IMG/VR virus record: IMGVR_UViG_3300017757_000006 | Span: 1 to 59,275 of that record | Direction: 5' to 3' (one strand) | Origin: a virus | Taxonomy: Duplodnaviria > Caudoviricetes | Length of the DNA stretch: 59,275 bases | Shown here: piece by piece, positions 1 through 8,498 of the stretch | Layout: the number at the start of each line of letters is the position of its first letter | Position numbering within the stretch: position 1 is the stretch's first letter | Notes under the pieces: generated by a model | What the model was told of the DNA's origin: nothing | The model's database searches: none | The model's input: only the letters and a program-made list of their open reading frames with translations | Position numbers and translations under genes: made by a program

Positions 1-42
1 AACAAATGTCAAGCACTTTCTTCACTTTTTTTCAAAAAAAAT

Positions 43-119
43 TGGTGCGCCTGAAAGGATTCGAACCTTTGACCTTTGGTTTCGTAGACCAATACTCTAT
101 CCAGCTGAGCTACAGGCGC
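43..119 (-). tRNA. tRNA-Arg (anticodon ACG) with encoded CCA
   Basis: Minus strand GCGCCTGTAGCTCAGCTGGATAGAG...TTGGT-CT-ACG-AA-ACCAA...GGTTCGAATCC...CAGGCGCACCA; acceptor, D, anticodon and T arms all pair. Confidence 0.95.
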
Positions 120-126
120 AATCATA

Positions 127-366
127 TTATACTAACTCCATTCCAGCGTTCCAAAGTTTCCACGCACCATCATAGGTGTCAAACCCTTCTTCGTCAGCAA
201 AGTCCATTGAAGAACTGTGCATTGCACCAGAAGACAAACCTTTTGTTTTTACAACGTAGGCAATCATCTCAGCAGTGTTGGCATACCCAACAACACCTTC
301 ACCAGAGAACATTTGAATCCCACCCTCGTGGGCAGCGATGAAGTCGATTTCGTTTTGATTTGTCAT
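127..366 (-). CDS. hypothetical early protein (79 aa)
   Basis: ORF directly behind the sigma70 promoter at 398-426; start trimmed to MTNQNE with AAGG upstream. Confidence 0.7.
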   Translation of the reverse strand: MTNQNEIDFIAAHEGGIQMFSGEGVVGYANTAEMIAYVVKTKGLSSGAMHSSSMDFADEEGFDTYDGAWKLWNAGMELV

Positions 367-397
367 TTGAAGTACCTTTCTCATTAACTATACATAT

Positions 398-426
398 ACT
401 ATACATGTTATTATAACAAATGTCAA
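398..426 (-). promoter_or_regulatory. sigma70-type early promoter TTGACA-N17-TATAGT with TGTT-N5-AACA palindrome in the spacer
   Basis: Minus: TTGACA TTTGTTATAATAACATG TATAGT, T-tracts upstream; the same -35 context (aacaaatgtcaag) recurs at 1-13 at the window edge. Confidence 0.85.
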
Positions 427-447
427 GCAAAAAATGAAAAAAAGTAC

Positions 448-476
448 AAAAAAAAGTCCTTGCAAAACAAGGACTT
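448..476 (-). terminator. intrinsic terminator after the DUF1127 gene
   Basis: Minus AAGTCCTTG-TTTTG-CAAGGACTT followed by a T run. Confidence 0.8.
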
Positions 477-505
477 ATAATTTTTTTGAAAAAAAGTTTA
501 TTTTT

Positions 506-724
506 TTAGTGTTTCCACCCATCTCTGGGCACTTCTTTACCCATTGCAATATTCTTGATATCTCCACGACATATACCCATATCGTTTAGTTCTCTATCAG
601 TCAATGCATGTAGTTCCCTATATGCTTTCTTGTCCATCTTTGGGGTGATACTATCTCTGAAGTTTTTGTACAAGTCTGCGACTGCATCACAAAATGCACA
701 ATAAGTTGCTGTAAGTGTTACCAT
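506..724 (-). CDS. DUF1127 (YjiS-like) small protein with N-terminal CxxC
   Basis: YRELHALTDRELNDMGICRGDI matches the DUF1127 signature; start at MVTLT with GGGGAG SD. Confidence 0.8.
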   Translation of the reverse strand: MVTLTATYCAFCDAVADLYKNFRDSITPKMDKKAYRELHALTDRELNDMGICRGDIKNIAMGKEVPRDGWKH

Positions 725-843
725 GTTGATGCTCCCCACATAATAAGAATTGGAACTGCAAGTGGAAATGATACAAGTACCAAGGCCTCAATTACATTAC
801 AAAATTTACATACATTTTCATTCTCTTTCAATTTCATTATCAT
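718..843 (-). CDS. 41-aa membrane micro-protein with CxxC (not in ORF track)
   Basis: MIMKLKENENVCKFCNVIEALVLVSFPLAVPILIMWGASTW*; fills the gap between neighbours and its stop overlaps the next start. Confidence 0.7.
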   Translation of the reverse strand: MIMKLKENENVCKFCNVIEALVLVSFPLAVPILIMWGASTW

Positions 844-848
844 ATTAC

Positions 849-1049
849 TCATTTTCTATTCTCCAACATCAGTCGTTTTGCTTCTGCATGGTATCCCATA
901 CGAGATAGTTCAGCTGCAGCTCTAGCTCTTCCTACCGATTCCGTAATTGCAATACATCCCATAAGTACTGCGAGTAGTGCTTTACTCATCCAATCACAAA
1001 CCGCACATGTTTGTTTGTAACTTTGGTTTATCAATAAACCGACTGACAT
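849..1049 (-). CDS. small hypothetical protein with CxxC, hydrophobic segment and GRARAAAEL motif
   Basis: AGGAG SD upstream; TCAVCDW then hydrophobic stretch. Confidence 0.75.
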   Translation of the reverse strand: MSVGLLINQSYKQTCAVCDWMSKALLAVLMGCIAITESVGRARAAAELSRMGYHAEAKRLMLENRK

Positions 1050-1051
1050 TT

Positions 1052-1207
1052 CTAGGTTCTCCTTTTGGTCATTATGTGGTTATAAAACTCAACCACATCG
1101 TGGTCGTGTAAGTGTTTTACGTCATCAGCATATTCTGTACGAATAAATCTTACAATATCTGAATGACGATTTTTATTATTGAACAATTTTGCAATCCATT
1201 TTGTCAT
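1052..1207 (-). CDS. small hypothetical protein (51 aa)
   Basis: MTKWIAKLF...; first gene downstream of the 1232-1253 terminator, tightly packed with next gene. Confidence 0.65.
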   Translation of the reverse strand: MTKWIAKLFNNKNRHSDIVRFIRTEYADDVKHLHDHDVVEFYNHIMTKRRT

Positions 1208-1231
1208 TTTATTTCTTTCTCTTAAAACGAT

Positions 1232-1253
1232 AAAAGGGATGCAATGCATCCCC
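1232..1253 (-). terminator. intrinsic terminator hairpin
   Basis: Minus GGGGATGC-ATT-GCATCCC-TTTT. Confidence 0.7.
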
Positions 1254-1257
1254 TAAG

Positions 1258-1308
1258 TTAAAATACAAGCAAGACAAGCTTGCTCATTCTGTCCATAAAT
1301 TTGGGCAT
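1258..1308 (-). CDS. putative 16-aa leader/micro-peptide MPKFMDRMSKLVLLVF
   Basis: AAAGGAG SD 10 nt upstream, CTAAATA late-promoter variant at ~1342-1348, terminator directly after. Confidence 0.45.
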   Translation of the reverse strand: MPKFMDRMSKLVLLVF

Positions 1309-1400
1309 ATTTTCGAATCTCCTTTGGGGGTGGTTCACTTTTATTTAGGTAAATGATGTTGTCGTATGTTACAAAAAGTAATGTTATTTCTGCATATTCG

Positions 1401-1829
1401 CTAGAACTTTTCTGCATACTCTTGTAACAAAACCTTAGAACTACCAACTCTAACATTGATTATACCATTATAGTATTCATCAGTGAGCAAAACTTCTCTG
1501 TCGAATTGTTCTTTAGCTTCTAAGTAACTAAGCATTCCTCTACTTTGACAATAGTAGAGTATCTCTCTTGTGAACTGGTCTTCGCCCAGTTCCTTTACAT
1601 CTTCAATCAACCAATCAGAAGAACCCCAATAGGTTCTCCAATCACTTTCTTTGGTTGATCTTCGTTTGTTCTTTTTTCCTTTTAGTGGGGGTTTTGTAAC
1701 CTTAAACCTTGCTAACTTCTTACCGACATATTTTTTGTCATTAGTTAAGTTGGTTATTAGATATACAAAACCCTCACAAGTCTCTGGCAGGTCATGAACA
1801 GGTTCACCATTATAAGTCCACTGTGACAT
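1401..1829 (-). CDS. GIY-YIG family endonuclease-like protein
   Basis: GFVYLITN...KYVGKK, later LE and YYN motifs; close downstream of nrdB. Confidence 0.7.
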   Translation of the reverse strand: MSQWTYNGEPVHDLPETCEGFVYLITNLTNDKKYVGKKLARFKVTKPPLKGKKNKRRSTKESDWRTYWGSSDWLIEDVKELGEDQFTREILYYCQSRGMLSYLEAKEQFDREVLLTDEYYNGIINVRVGSSKVLLQEYAEKF

Positions 1830-1996
1830 TAGTAATCTTCGTCTTCATCCTCATCAAACAGAACGTCTTCATGTTCTTCTTTGATGTTCTCAGAACAAAA
1901 TGGGCAGTACTTTACCTCATAGCTCCACTCATCCATATTATGAGATATTCTAAAAACTGCTTCACAACTGTCACATAAGATTTCTTTTCTGCTCAT
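1829..1996 (-). CDS. 55-aa zinc-ribbon protein with acidic tail (not in ORF track)
   Basis: MSRKEILCDSC...YCPFCSE...DEDEDEDY*; two CxxC pairs; stop overlaps next start (TAATG). Confidence 0.8.
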   Translation of the reverse strand: MSRKEILCDSCEAVFRISHNMDEWSYEVKYCPFCSENIKEEHEDVLFDEDEDEDY

Positions 1997-2014
1997 TAAT
2001 TGACTTACCTTTTA

Positions 2015-3220
2015 TTATGCGGCATCATAAACGTCATCCCACTTGCCTGTCAAACCAGCAACCTCATATTCTGTTACTCTGTTCTCAGAGAAGTTGGTAT
2101 GATCTGCACCGTTCAGTATCCACTCCAACCACTGTAGGGGATTTTCTTTTACTTTATAATTACCTTTTAGTCCTAATTGTATGAGTCTTCTATCAGTTAT
2201 ATATCTAATATATTGTTTAACTTCTGACTGCTCTAGACCTTCAATGTCACCAAGTTTATATGCAAGGTCAACAAAGTTATCTTCTAACTTCACTGCTTGT
2301 CTTGCCATCTCATATATATGTCCCTTAAATTCATCATCTATAATACGAGGATGTTCTGCACAATATGCCTTGAAGAGTTTTGCAATACCCTCAACGTGGA
2401 TTGATTCGTCACGAATACTCCACTCAACAACCTTACCCATACCCTTCATCTTACCGTAGCGTTGAAAGTTCAACAACATTACGAATGATGCAAATAGTGC
2501 CACACCTTCATTCATTACAGATTTTGCCATTGCAAGTCCAAGTCCACGAACAGTGTTTGGATCACTATCCATCATAAACTCAATCTTGTCTGCCATCTCT
2601 GTATATTCTAGGAAGGCATGATACTCGGCATCAGATAACCCAAGTGTCTCATTAAGAAGTGCATATGCACGTTGGTGTATAGCCTCTCTATTCGCAAACG
2701 AACCAAGCATATTGCGTACTTCATTGTTCTTAAATTTAGGGATAAGTTGGTCGTAATAGTTTTGCCCAACTGCAACATCTGACTGTGTAAACAGTCGTAG
2801 AATGTTTGTGATGTATTCTTTCTCAATTGCACTTACCTTTCCAGACTTCCAATCTGCAACATCTTCAGACAAATCAAGTTCGTCTTCAATCCAGTGTACC
2901 TTCTCATGTCTTGTTGTGATTTCAACTGCCCAAGGATAATGGAATGGTTTGTATGTTTCTGAAAACACCATTAGTCCACCACCTTTTTTCTTTACGAACA
3001 TTTCTGATACAGCTTCGAATTGATTCCAAGATCCAATTAACTTATCGTCAATAAAGATTTGTGGTACAGATCGAGCTCCAGGCACCTTTTGATAAAACGC
3101 AAGACGTTCCTCTTGATTATCCATACGATGTTCTGTGTATTCATATCCATGTGATTTGAACCAGTTCTTTGCTTTCTCACAGAATGGACAATTTGATTTA
3201 CTATAAATTTCTACTTTCAT
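2015..3220 (-). CDS. nrdB: glutaredoxin fused to class I ribonucleotide reductase beta subunit
   Basis: N-terminal YSKSNCPFC...SVPQIFID Grx domain; EAIHQRAY and DESIH diiron motifs; C-terminal ENRVTEY. Confidence 0.95.
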   Translation of the reverse strand: MKVEIYSKSNCPFCEKAKNWFKSHGYEYTEHRMDNQEERLAFYQKVPGARSVPQIFIDDKLIGSWNQFEAVSEMFVKKKGGGLMVFSETYKPFHYPWAVEITTRHEKVHWIEDELDLSEDVADWKSGKVSAIEKEYITNILRLFTQSDVAVGQNYYDQLIPKFKNNEVRNMLGSFANREAIHQRAYALLNETLGLSDAEYHAFLEYTEMADKIEFMMDSDPNTVRGLGLAMAKSVMNEGVALFASFVMLLNFQRYGKMKGMGKVVEWSIRDESIHVEGIAKLFKAYCAEHPRIIDDEFKGHIYEMARQAVKLEDNFVDLAYKLGDIEGLEQSEVKQYIRYITDRRLIQLGLKGNYKVKENPLQWLEWILNGADHTNFSENRVTEYEVAGLTGKWDDVYDAA

Positions 3221-3224
3221 TTCT

Positions 3225-5054
3225 TTAACCCTCGCACGCTACACACTCATCTTGTGACTGTGCTTCCATTGTTTGTGTTTCGTAATCTTTCAATGCATCA
3301 CGAGAAACTTTTAGTGATACATTTTCTGCTCTTTGGGAAGTCTCTGTTCTAAGATAGTACAGACCTTTTGTCCCTAACTTCCACGCAGCAAAGTGTGCCC
3401 TGTGTAAGTCTTTCTTATCTGCACCAGCAGGGAAGAATAGATTTAGTGATTGTCCTTGACAGAGATACTCTTGTCTATCTGCGGCTTGTTCTACCAATAC
3501 CAACTGGTCAAGTTCTATTGCTGTTTTGAAAACATCTTTGATTTCCTCTGATAAGAAATCTAAATGTTGTACAGAACCACCATTGGTTATGATATCAGAC
3601 CAAACATCTGGGTGATTCTTTCCAACCTTTTCTAGTTCTTCTTCCAAATATATATTCTGCACCAAATGTGAACCAGCACGAGTACGATGTGTATATGCAT
3701 TCGCTTTTGCTGGTTCGATTGATGGTGAAGTAGAAACAATAATACTACTGTTGGCATTAGGTGCAATTGCCAGTAGATGTGCATTACGTCTACCAGTACC
3801 CCTCATATCGGGTGCCTCACCCTTTTCTGCACCAATATTTATAGTTTCTCTAACAGACTCATCTTTGATGTATTTGAACACTTCACGATTCAATTCTCGT
3901 GCTTCTGGTGAATCAAACGCAATTCTCTTCTGGTGTAGAAGAGAGTGCCATCCCATTGCACCTAATCCAAGACTACGTTCTTGTGTTGCTGAGTAGCGAG
4001 CACGCTGAATTTCATCGCCTGCGTTATCAATGAAAAACTGTAGAACATTGTCAAGAAAGCGAATAAGATCACGAACAAGACTTGTATCTTTCCATTCATT
4101 ATATTTCTCCAAGTTTAGAGAAGATAAGCAACACACCGCAGTTCTATCTTCAGAGGTCGGTAGGTGAATCTCATTACATAAATTAGAACCGTGAATCTTT
4201 AGTCCTTTCGCCTTCATTGTGTGTGGTAATGCACGATTAGCAGTATCAATAAAGTTTAGATATGGTTCACCTGTACGATATCTTACTTCTAGAATTTGTT
4301 GCCATAACGTCCTTGCAGGCATACTTTCACGAACTGTTTTGTCATTGGGGTCTTTCAAGTCCCAAATTTCATCACGTTCTACCGCCCGCATGAAATCATC
4401 AGTGATGTTGATTGCATGGTGTAGGTTAAGGTTCTTTCTGTTTACGTCACCTGTTGGTACACGCATATTTAGGAACTCAATAAGGTCTGGGTGTGAGACA
4501 TCCATATACGCTGCGTATGAACCTTTCCTTGTCTTACCCTGACGGTATGCAGTCATATCTGCGTCTACCGTATGCAAAAATGGCATTGGCCCAGGCGCCT
4601 TATCTGAGATGGCACGAATGTCACTCCAGTGTCCACCAACACCACCACCCTTAACTGACAACCAACGTAACTCAGCAGAGTGGTCGATTAGTCCTTCTAA
4701 TGAATCTGGTACATATGTTAGGAAACATGAGATGGGAAGAGCTCTTGCTTTCTGCCCTGGCGCTGGTGCGTTTGACAACACTGGTGATGCAAACATGAAC
4801 CAACCATTAGATACTCCATCATAAATGCGTTGTGCTAATTTCAAATCACCATCACAATATGCGACAGCAGCACGAGCAAACGCTTCCTGTGGGGAAGATT
4901 CGTTGTCATTACAATAATAGTCTTTTAGAAGTTTGTATGCTTGTTCCGATAATTCTTTGTCTTTATTTCTGTTAATTCTGATACCAAGGTGGTCGAGACC
5001 AATGTCTTCGCCAGTCTTGGTGAAGGGTACGATGACTTCTGCCAGACTTTTCAT
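3225..5054 (-). CDS. nrdA: class I ribonucleotide reductase alpha subunit (no ATP cone)
   Basis: ISCF, SNLCNEI, AIAPNANSS, GQSLN, LYYLR and C-terminal CVACEG. Confidence 0.95.
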   Translation of the reverse strand: MKSLAEVIVPFTKTGEDIGLDHLGIRINRNKDKELSEQAYKLLKDYYCNDNESSPQEAFARAAVAYCDGDLKLAQRIYDGVSNGWFMFASPVLSNAPAPGQKARALPISCFLTYVPDSLEGLIDHSAELRWLSVKGGGVGGHWSDIRAISDKAPGPMPFLHTVDADMTAYRQGKTRKGSYAAYMDVSHPDLIEFLNMRVPTGDVNRKNLNLHHAINITDDFMRAVERDEIWDLKDPNDKTVRESMPARTLWQQILEVRYRTGEPYLNFIDTANRALPHTMKAKGLKIHGSNLCNEIHLPTSEDRTAVCCLSSLNLEKYNEWKDTSLVRDLIRFLDNVLQFFIDNAGDEIQRARYSATQERSLGLGAMGWHSLLHQKRIAFDSPEARELNREVFKYIKDESVRETINIGAEKGEAPDMRGTGRRNAHLLAIAPNANSSIIVSTSPSIEPAKANAYTHRTRAGSHLVQNIYLEEELEKVGKNHPDVWSDIITNGGSVQHLDFLSEEIKDVFKTAIELDQLVLVEQAADRQEYLCQGQSLNLFFPAGADKKDLHRAHFAAWKLGTKGLYYLRTETSQRAENVSLKVSRDALKDYETQTMEAQSQDECVACEG

Positions 5055-5074
5055 ATTTTCTTTCTCCATTTTTT

Positions 5075-6091
5075 CTAATATGTACGTTTCCACGAATTGA
5101 AAACGGTTTGTGCTTTTAATCCCGAATGGGAGTTACTATGTATAATGCCAAGAATCTCTGCCGGCGTCCTTCCCGACAATATCATGTCATTAATATCTTT
5201 TTCTTTTATTGAAGAAGGCCATAAACACACTGTGTAACCATCTTCAATACACCTTTCAATCTGTCTAGTAATCTCTTGATTTCTAGGCTCGTTGTCTGGT
5301 ACAAGAACAGCTTTATTTTTGAACTGAGGTACACGCAAATCACTTTGGGCAACGGCAATAGCATTGTCTATGAATAAACTATCTAGTGGCCCTTCTGTAA
5401 CATATACGGTACGAGTAGGGTCAAGTTTATTCATTCCAAAGATTTTAGGATACTCTGTATCCAGAATTATTGTAATGTACTTCTGTTTCTCTTCACCAAA
5501 TGATCGCCCTTGATATGCGAATATTTGTCCGTTCTCCTTTCGAAAGGGAATAACCATACGAGGATGGTCTCCGTCCAATGAAGGGAACTTATTTTGGACT
5601 TGAGTATTGGTGAACTCATAAAACTTAGGACTAAAATATATATCATTCCAAGCATCTCTAGGCAACGATCTTTTGGATAAAAACGACACAGCAGGATGAT
5701 TTTTTTCAAGTTCTGCAAAAGTTTTTAGATCACCCAAACGACTCTTGAATTTGGGCGCTTTGAAATCGAACTGTGGTTTGGGAGTTTTGTATGCACCCTT
5801 ATAGGGTGTACCATTAGTACCTTCTTTGTACCGTTCCATTACATATTCTTTGTATAGGTTTGCATCTACAAACTCTATAAGTTTTGCAACGGTTGTACCC
5901 ATAGCACAGTTGTGACATTTATAGAACAAATCATTCTTTGTCCTGTAAACGAAACCTCGTGCCTTGTTCTTTTTCTTGGATGAATCACCACAATAGGGAC
6001 AAGAGAAGTTCCACAAATAGTCTTTCTTCTTTGTGAAGTTTCTGAGTCTTGGGCCTATGAGAGAGACATACTTTGTATCAATATAATTCAT
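5075..6091 (-). CDS. gp61: DNA primase (T4 gp61-like)
   Basis: CPYCGDS...CHNC zinc finger, YQGR, VTEGPLDSLF, DNEPRN, KDINDM. Confidence 0.95.
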   Translation of the reverse strand: MNYIDTKYVSLIGPRLRNFTKKKDYLWNFSCPYCGDSSKKKNKARGFVYRTKNDLFYKCHNCAMGTTVAKLIEFVDANLYKEYVMERYKEGTNGTPYKGAYKTPKPQFDFKAPKFKSRLGDLKTFAELEKNHPAVSFLSKRSLPRDAWNDIYFSPKFYEFTNTQVQNKFPSLDGDHPRMVIPFRKENGQIFAYQGRSFGEEKQKYITIILDTEYPKIFGMNKLDPTRTVYVTEGPLDSLFIDNAIAVAQSDLRVPQFKNKAVLVPDNEPRNQEITRQIERCIEDGYTVCLWPSSIKEKDINDMILSGRTPAEILGIIHSNSHSGLKAQTVFNSWKRTY

Positions 6092-6097
6092 AGTAAC

Positions 6098-6126
6098 AAT
6101 ATACCAGAATTATATAGCAAAGTCAA
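6098..6126 (-). promoter_or_regulatory. sigma70-type promoter for primase, predicted leaderless
   Basis: TTGACT-N17-TATATT, then 6 nt, then ATG. Confidence 0.65.
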
Positions 6127-6131
6127 TAGAT

Positions 6132-6587
6132 TTACATGATTGCTGGAAGTATTTCTGTAAGAGCGAACCCTACCACAATCGAACCACCGATTATGACATA
6201 ACGCCACTTTTCAAGAACACCTACCCTTGTGGATAGTTCTTCTCTTAGTTTGATGAACTGTTCTGCCTCGTTACGTCCATGTTCACGCATAGCATCAACC
6301 AGACGCCTTTCCATCTCACCCATCTGAGTAGATGTTTCCTTTGCATTAGACGTAATTCTACTATGTAGTTCTTGTACGGTATTCTTGAATTCTTTTTCTT
6401 GTTCGTCCAAAGCTTCTTCCTGACGTATTAGTTTTTCTTCATGCACCGCCATAATAGTGTGTAAGGCAGAAGATACGTCAGCAATTTTCTCAATTGCAGA
6501 ATCCAATCTAAGATGGATCTGTTTCATTTCGGAAACTTCTCTCTTTAGAAGTTCTACCTCTGTATCTAATGTTTTAACCGTTGCCAT
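6132..6587 (-). CDS. coiled-coil protein with C-terminal TM helix
   Basis: heptad-rich body; LEKWRYVIIGGSIVVGFAL tail. Confidence 0.75.
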   Translation of the reverse strand: MATVKTLDTEVELLKREVSEMKQIHLRLDSAIEKIADVSSALHTIMAVHEEKLIRQEEALDEQEKEFKNTVQELHSRITSNAKETSTQMGEMERRLVDAMREHGRNEAEQFIKLREELSTRVGVLEKWRYVIIGGSIVVGFALTEILPAIM

Positions 6588-6846
6588 CTTCTATTTTCTT
6601 TATTCGGGTTTCTAGTTCATCTATCTTCTTTGTAACATGTGGATACTTCTTTCTCCACGCATCTTCTGGTTGTCTTAACCAATTCCAGTTATATTTATGT
6701 ATTAAGTAATCTAAGAATTGGTCTAATTTACCATAACTCCAGATACCTAATTTAGTGTCCTTAAAGTACGCAAGGAATGCTGCACCGAGCAACGCACCAA
6801 TGATACTTGTGTATATCCATAGAGTGTCATCAAACAATCCCATCAT
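6574..6846 (-). CDS. small membrane protein
   Basis: N-terminal TM IYTSIIGALLGAAFLAYF. Confidence 0.7.
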   Translation of the reverse strand: MMGLFDDTLWIYTSIIGALLGAAFLAYFKDTKLGIWSYGKLDQFLDYLIHKYNWNWLRQPEDAWRKKYPHVTKKIDELETRIKKIEDGNG

Positions 6847-7538
6847 AATCCCTCTGTCAACTTACAGTATTGACCCATACCGTGGTCTTTTACACCATCA
6901 AGTAAACCACTTCTCCAACCTCTCCACTTATCCTTCACTGCTTGCCAGAATGTAAGTGTTCTTATATTACCATAGAAGTTGATATACGTCAAGTCTCCAT
7001 GATGCTTGTATCCCATAACCCACAATGGAACTCTTGTTACGAGATCATTATTGTTTACAACTCTTGTATGTGGTGTCTGAATATTCTTTACAAACTTACG
7101 AGTACCAACACGAGGCGAACCAAATGTAAACAGTTCTTCAACAACTTGGGTTTCTTCGAATCTTGAACATGCAATAGTTGCCATAGCAGCACCTAATGAA
7201 TGTCCAGTGATATAAAATTTCTTTTTAAGATGTTTACTTCTATGAGCAACAACTTGTTCCCATAACTTATTACACTCGCCCACGAAACCAGAATGAACTA
7301 AACCATGTGTCATTGCACCACGAGGCCATGCATTCAAGTCTGCAAGAACATCAGATAGTTCATCTGGTTCTGTTCCTCTAAAACATAGGACATACATCTC
7401 TTTGTTCCATGCGGCATGACATTGAGCGCCATCCACCTCAAAAAACTTATGGGTAAATCCCATACTTCTAAAAATAACTTTTGCTTCCTTACCGTCTAAG
7501 TAAGCATAAGCTGCTAACTTACTCATCTGATTTATCAT
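6843..7538 (-). CDS. class 3 lipase (alpha/beta hydrolase)
   Basis: FRGTE, VHSGF, GHSLGAA nucleophile elbow, TFGSPRVG, NNDLVTRVP, DH; start uncertain (7526-7565). Confidence 0.9.
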   Translation of the reverse strand: MINQMSKLAAYAYLDGKEAKVIFRSMGFTHKFFEVDGAQCHAAWNKEMYVLCFRGTEPDELSDVLADLNAWPRGAMTHGLVHSGFVGECNKLWEQVVAHRSKHLKKKFYITGHSLGAAMATIACSRFEETQVVEELFTFGSPRVGTRKFVKNIQTPHTRVVNNNDLVTRVPLWVMGYKHHGDLTYINFYGNIRTLTFWQAVKDKWRGWRSGLLDGVKDHGMGQYCKLTEGL

Positions 7539-7914
7539 CAGTCTCTTCCTTATTTTTAATAGCACTTTCGTAGTAGAGGATAATCTGTTTCTGTTGTTCG
7601 ATGTATCTTCTTAGTTCTGCAAAATTCTTAGATAAGTTCTCATAGTCCTTTACTGATATTGCAATGTATGAGTCAGCGCCGTTCTTAGCAGAAAACTCTT
7701 GCACAAACTTCTCATAGTTCTCCTCTGGTGAAACTACATAAATTTTAATATCATTCATCTGTACTGCTTTTGGTGACGGTACAGTTGGTATGTTTCTCTC
7801 TACAACTTCTGTTACGGTAACAACTTGTGGTTCTGGTCTAAGTGTTGAACAACTACTCAGTACCACTGTCGCCAGTAACAGACTCAAGGTCATCCCAAAG
7901 CTTATCTGTCGCAT
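7519..7914 (-). CDS. outer-membrane lipoprotein, o-spanin (Rz1-like)
   Basis: Lipobox LLLATVVLSSC, Pro-rich segment, overlaps 3' end of the i-spanin candidate. Confidence 0.75.
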   Translation of the reverse strand: MRQISFGMTLSLLLATVVLSSCSTLRPEPQVVTVTEVVERNIPTVPSPKAVQMNDIKIYVVSPEENYEKFVQEFSAKNGADSYIAISVKDYENLSKNFAELRRYIEQQKQIILYYESAIKNKEETDDKSDE

Positions 7915-8242
7915 TTTGCATCCTCTTTTCAATCAATCCTGGCTTTTTGTTTGCCAGATGGGTTAAATCATGTTTATTCAGAGTAGCCCTTAGTTCATCC
8001 CCATACTTTTCTGACTTCTGTAAGTCAAGAACAAGTTGGTTAGTCAGTGCGTTAAGTCTTTCTGAATCTCCCTTTAATTTGTTTATAGTCGCTTGGTTAG
8101 TATCATTTGCGACTGACAGTTTTGCGTTATTATCACGCAACTGTGCGATTGTGTTTTGGGTGGTGTCATAGTAATACTTAGCACCATATGCGGCACCACC
8201 CAACAATCCAACTACAATTAGTATTGCATATAATCTAAACAT
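7853..8242 (-). CDS. inner-membrane i-spanin (Rz-like)
   Basis: N-terminal TM then long coiled coil ending KKPGLIEKRMQ; overlapped by lipoprotein gene. Confidence 0.75.
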   Translation of the reverse strand: MFRLYAILIVVGLLGGAAYGAKYYYDTTQNTIAQLRDNNAKLSVANDTNQATINKLKGDSERLNALTNQLVLDLQKSEKYGDELRATLNKHDLTHLANKKPGLIEKRMQNATDKLWDDLESVTGDSGTE

Positions 8243-8243
8243 A

Positions 8244-8498
8244 TTATCTCCATGGCAACATTGTCATACCAATTTGGTTTAGTAGTAGTTCAATAACTAT
8301 AAGTCCAATACCACCAGCACCCAATTGCCACGCCCACCATTTCCATCCAGTGAGCGATCTTGACCATTGTGCAAGTTTGCTGTTATGTGCTTTTTCATAC
8401 GCACCACTTTTATCACCAATCTTTTCTGCCCACCAATTCCCATCAAGGATATTCTTGAGCATAATAAGAGGCCAAAAAATGATACGCAAGATTTTCAT
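8244..8498 (-). CDS. Trp-rich membrane protein, possible lysis accessory
   Basis: hydrophobic segments; adjacent to spanins. Confidence 0.55.
   Translation of the reverse strand: MKILRIIFWPLIMLKNILDGNWWAEKIGDKSGAYEKAHNSKLAQWSRSLTGWKWWAWQLGAGGIGLIVIELLLNQIGMTMLPWR

Noticed and set aside
6-341. 111-aa plus-strand ORF
   Set aside because: Antisense to the tRNA-Arg and the 127-366 gene; shadow ORF
1355-1390. TGTT(A/G) repeats upstream of the leader as a Pho box
   Set aside because: Spacing is 10 and 15 nt rather than 11, and the match is weak in AT-rich DNA
1253-1456. 67-aa minus-strand ORF
   Set aside because: Overlaps the GIY-YIG gene end and runs through promoter/leader signals; the SD-backed 16-aa frame explains the region better
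2080-2100. Odd residues at conserved sites (NrdB HTNFSEN, also gp21 FYRATGAD near 44345-44360)
   Set aside because: Single substitutions that may be sequencing or consensus errors; cannot be judged without reads
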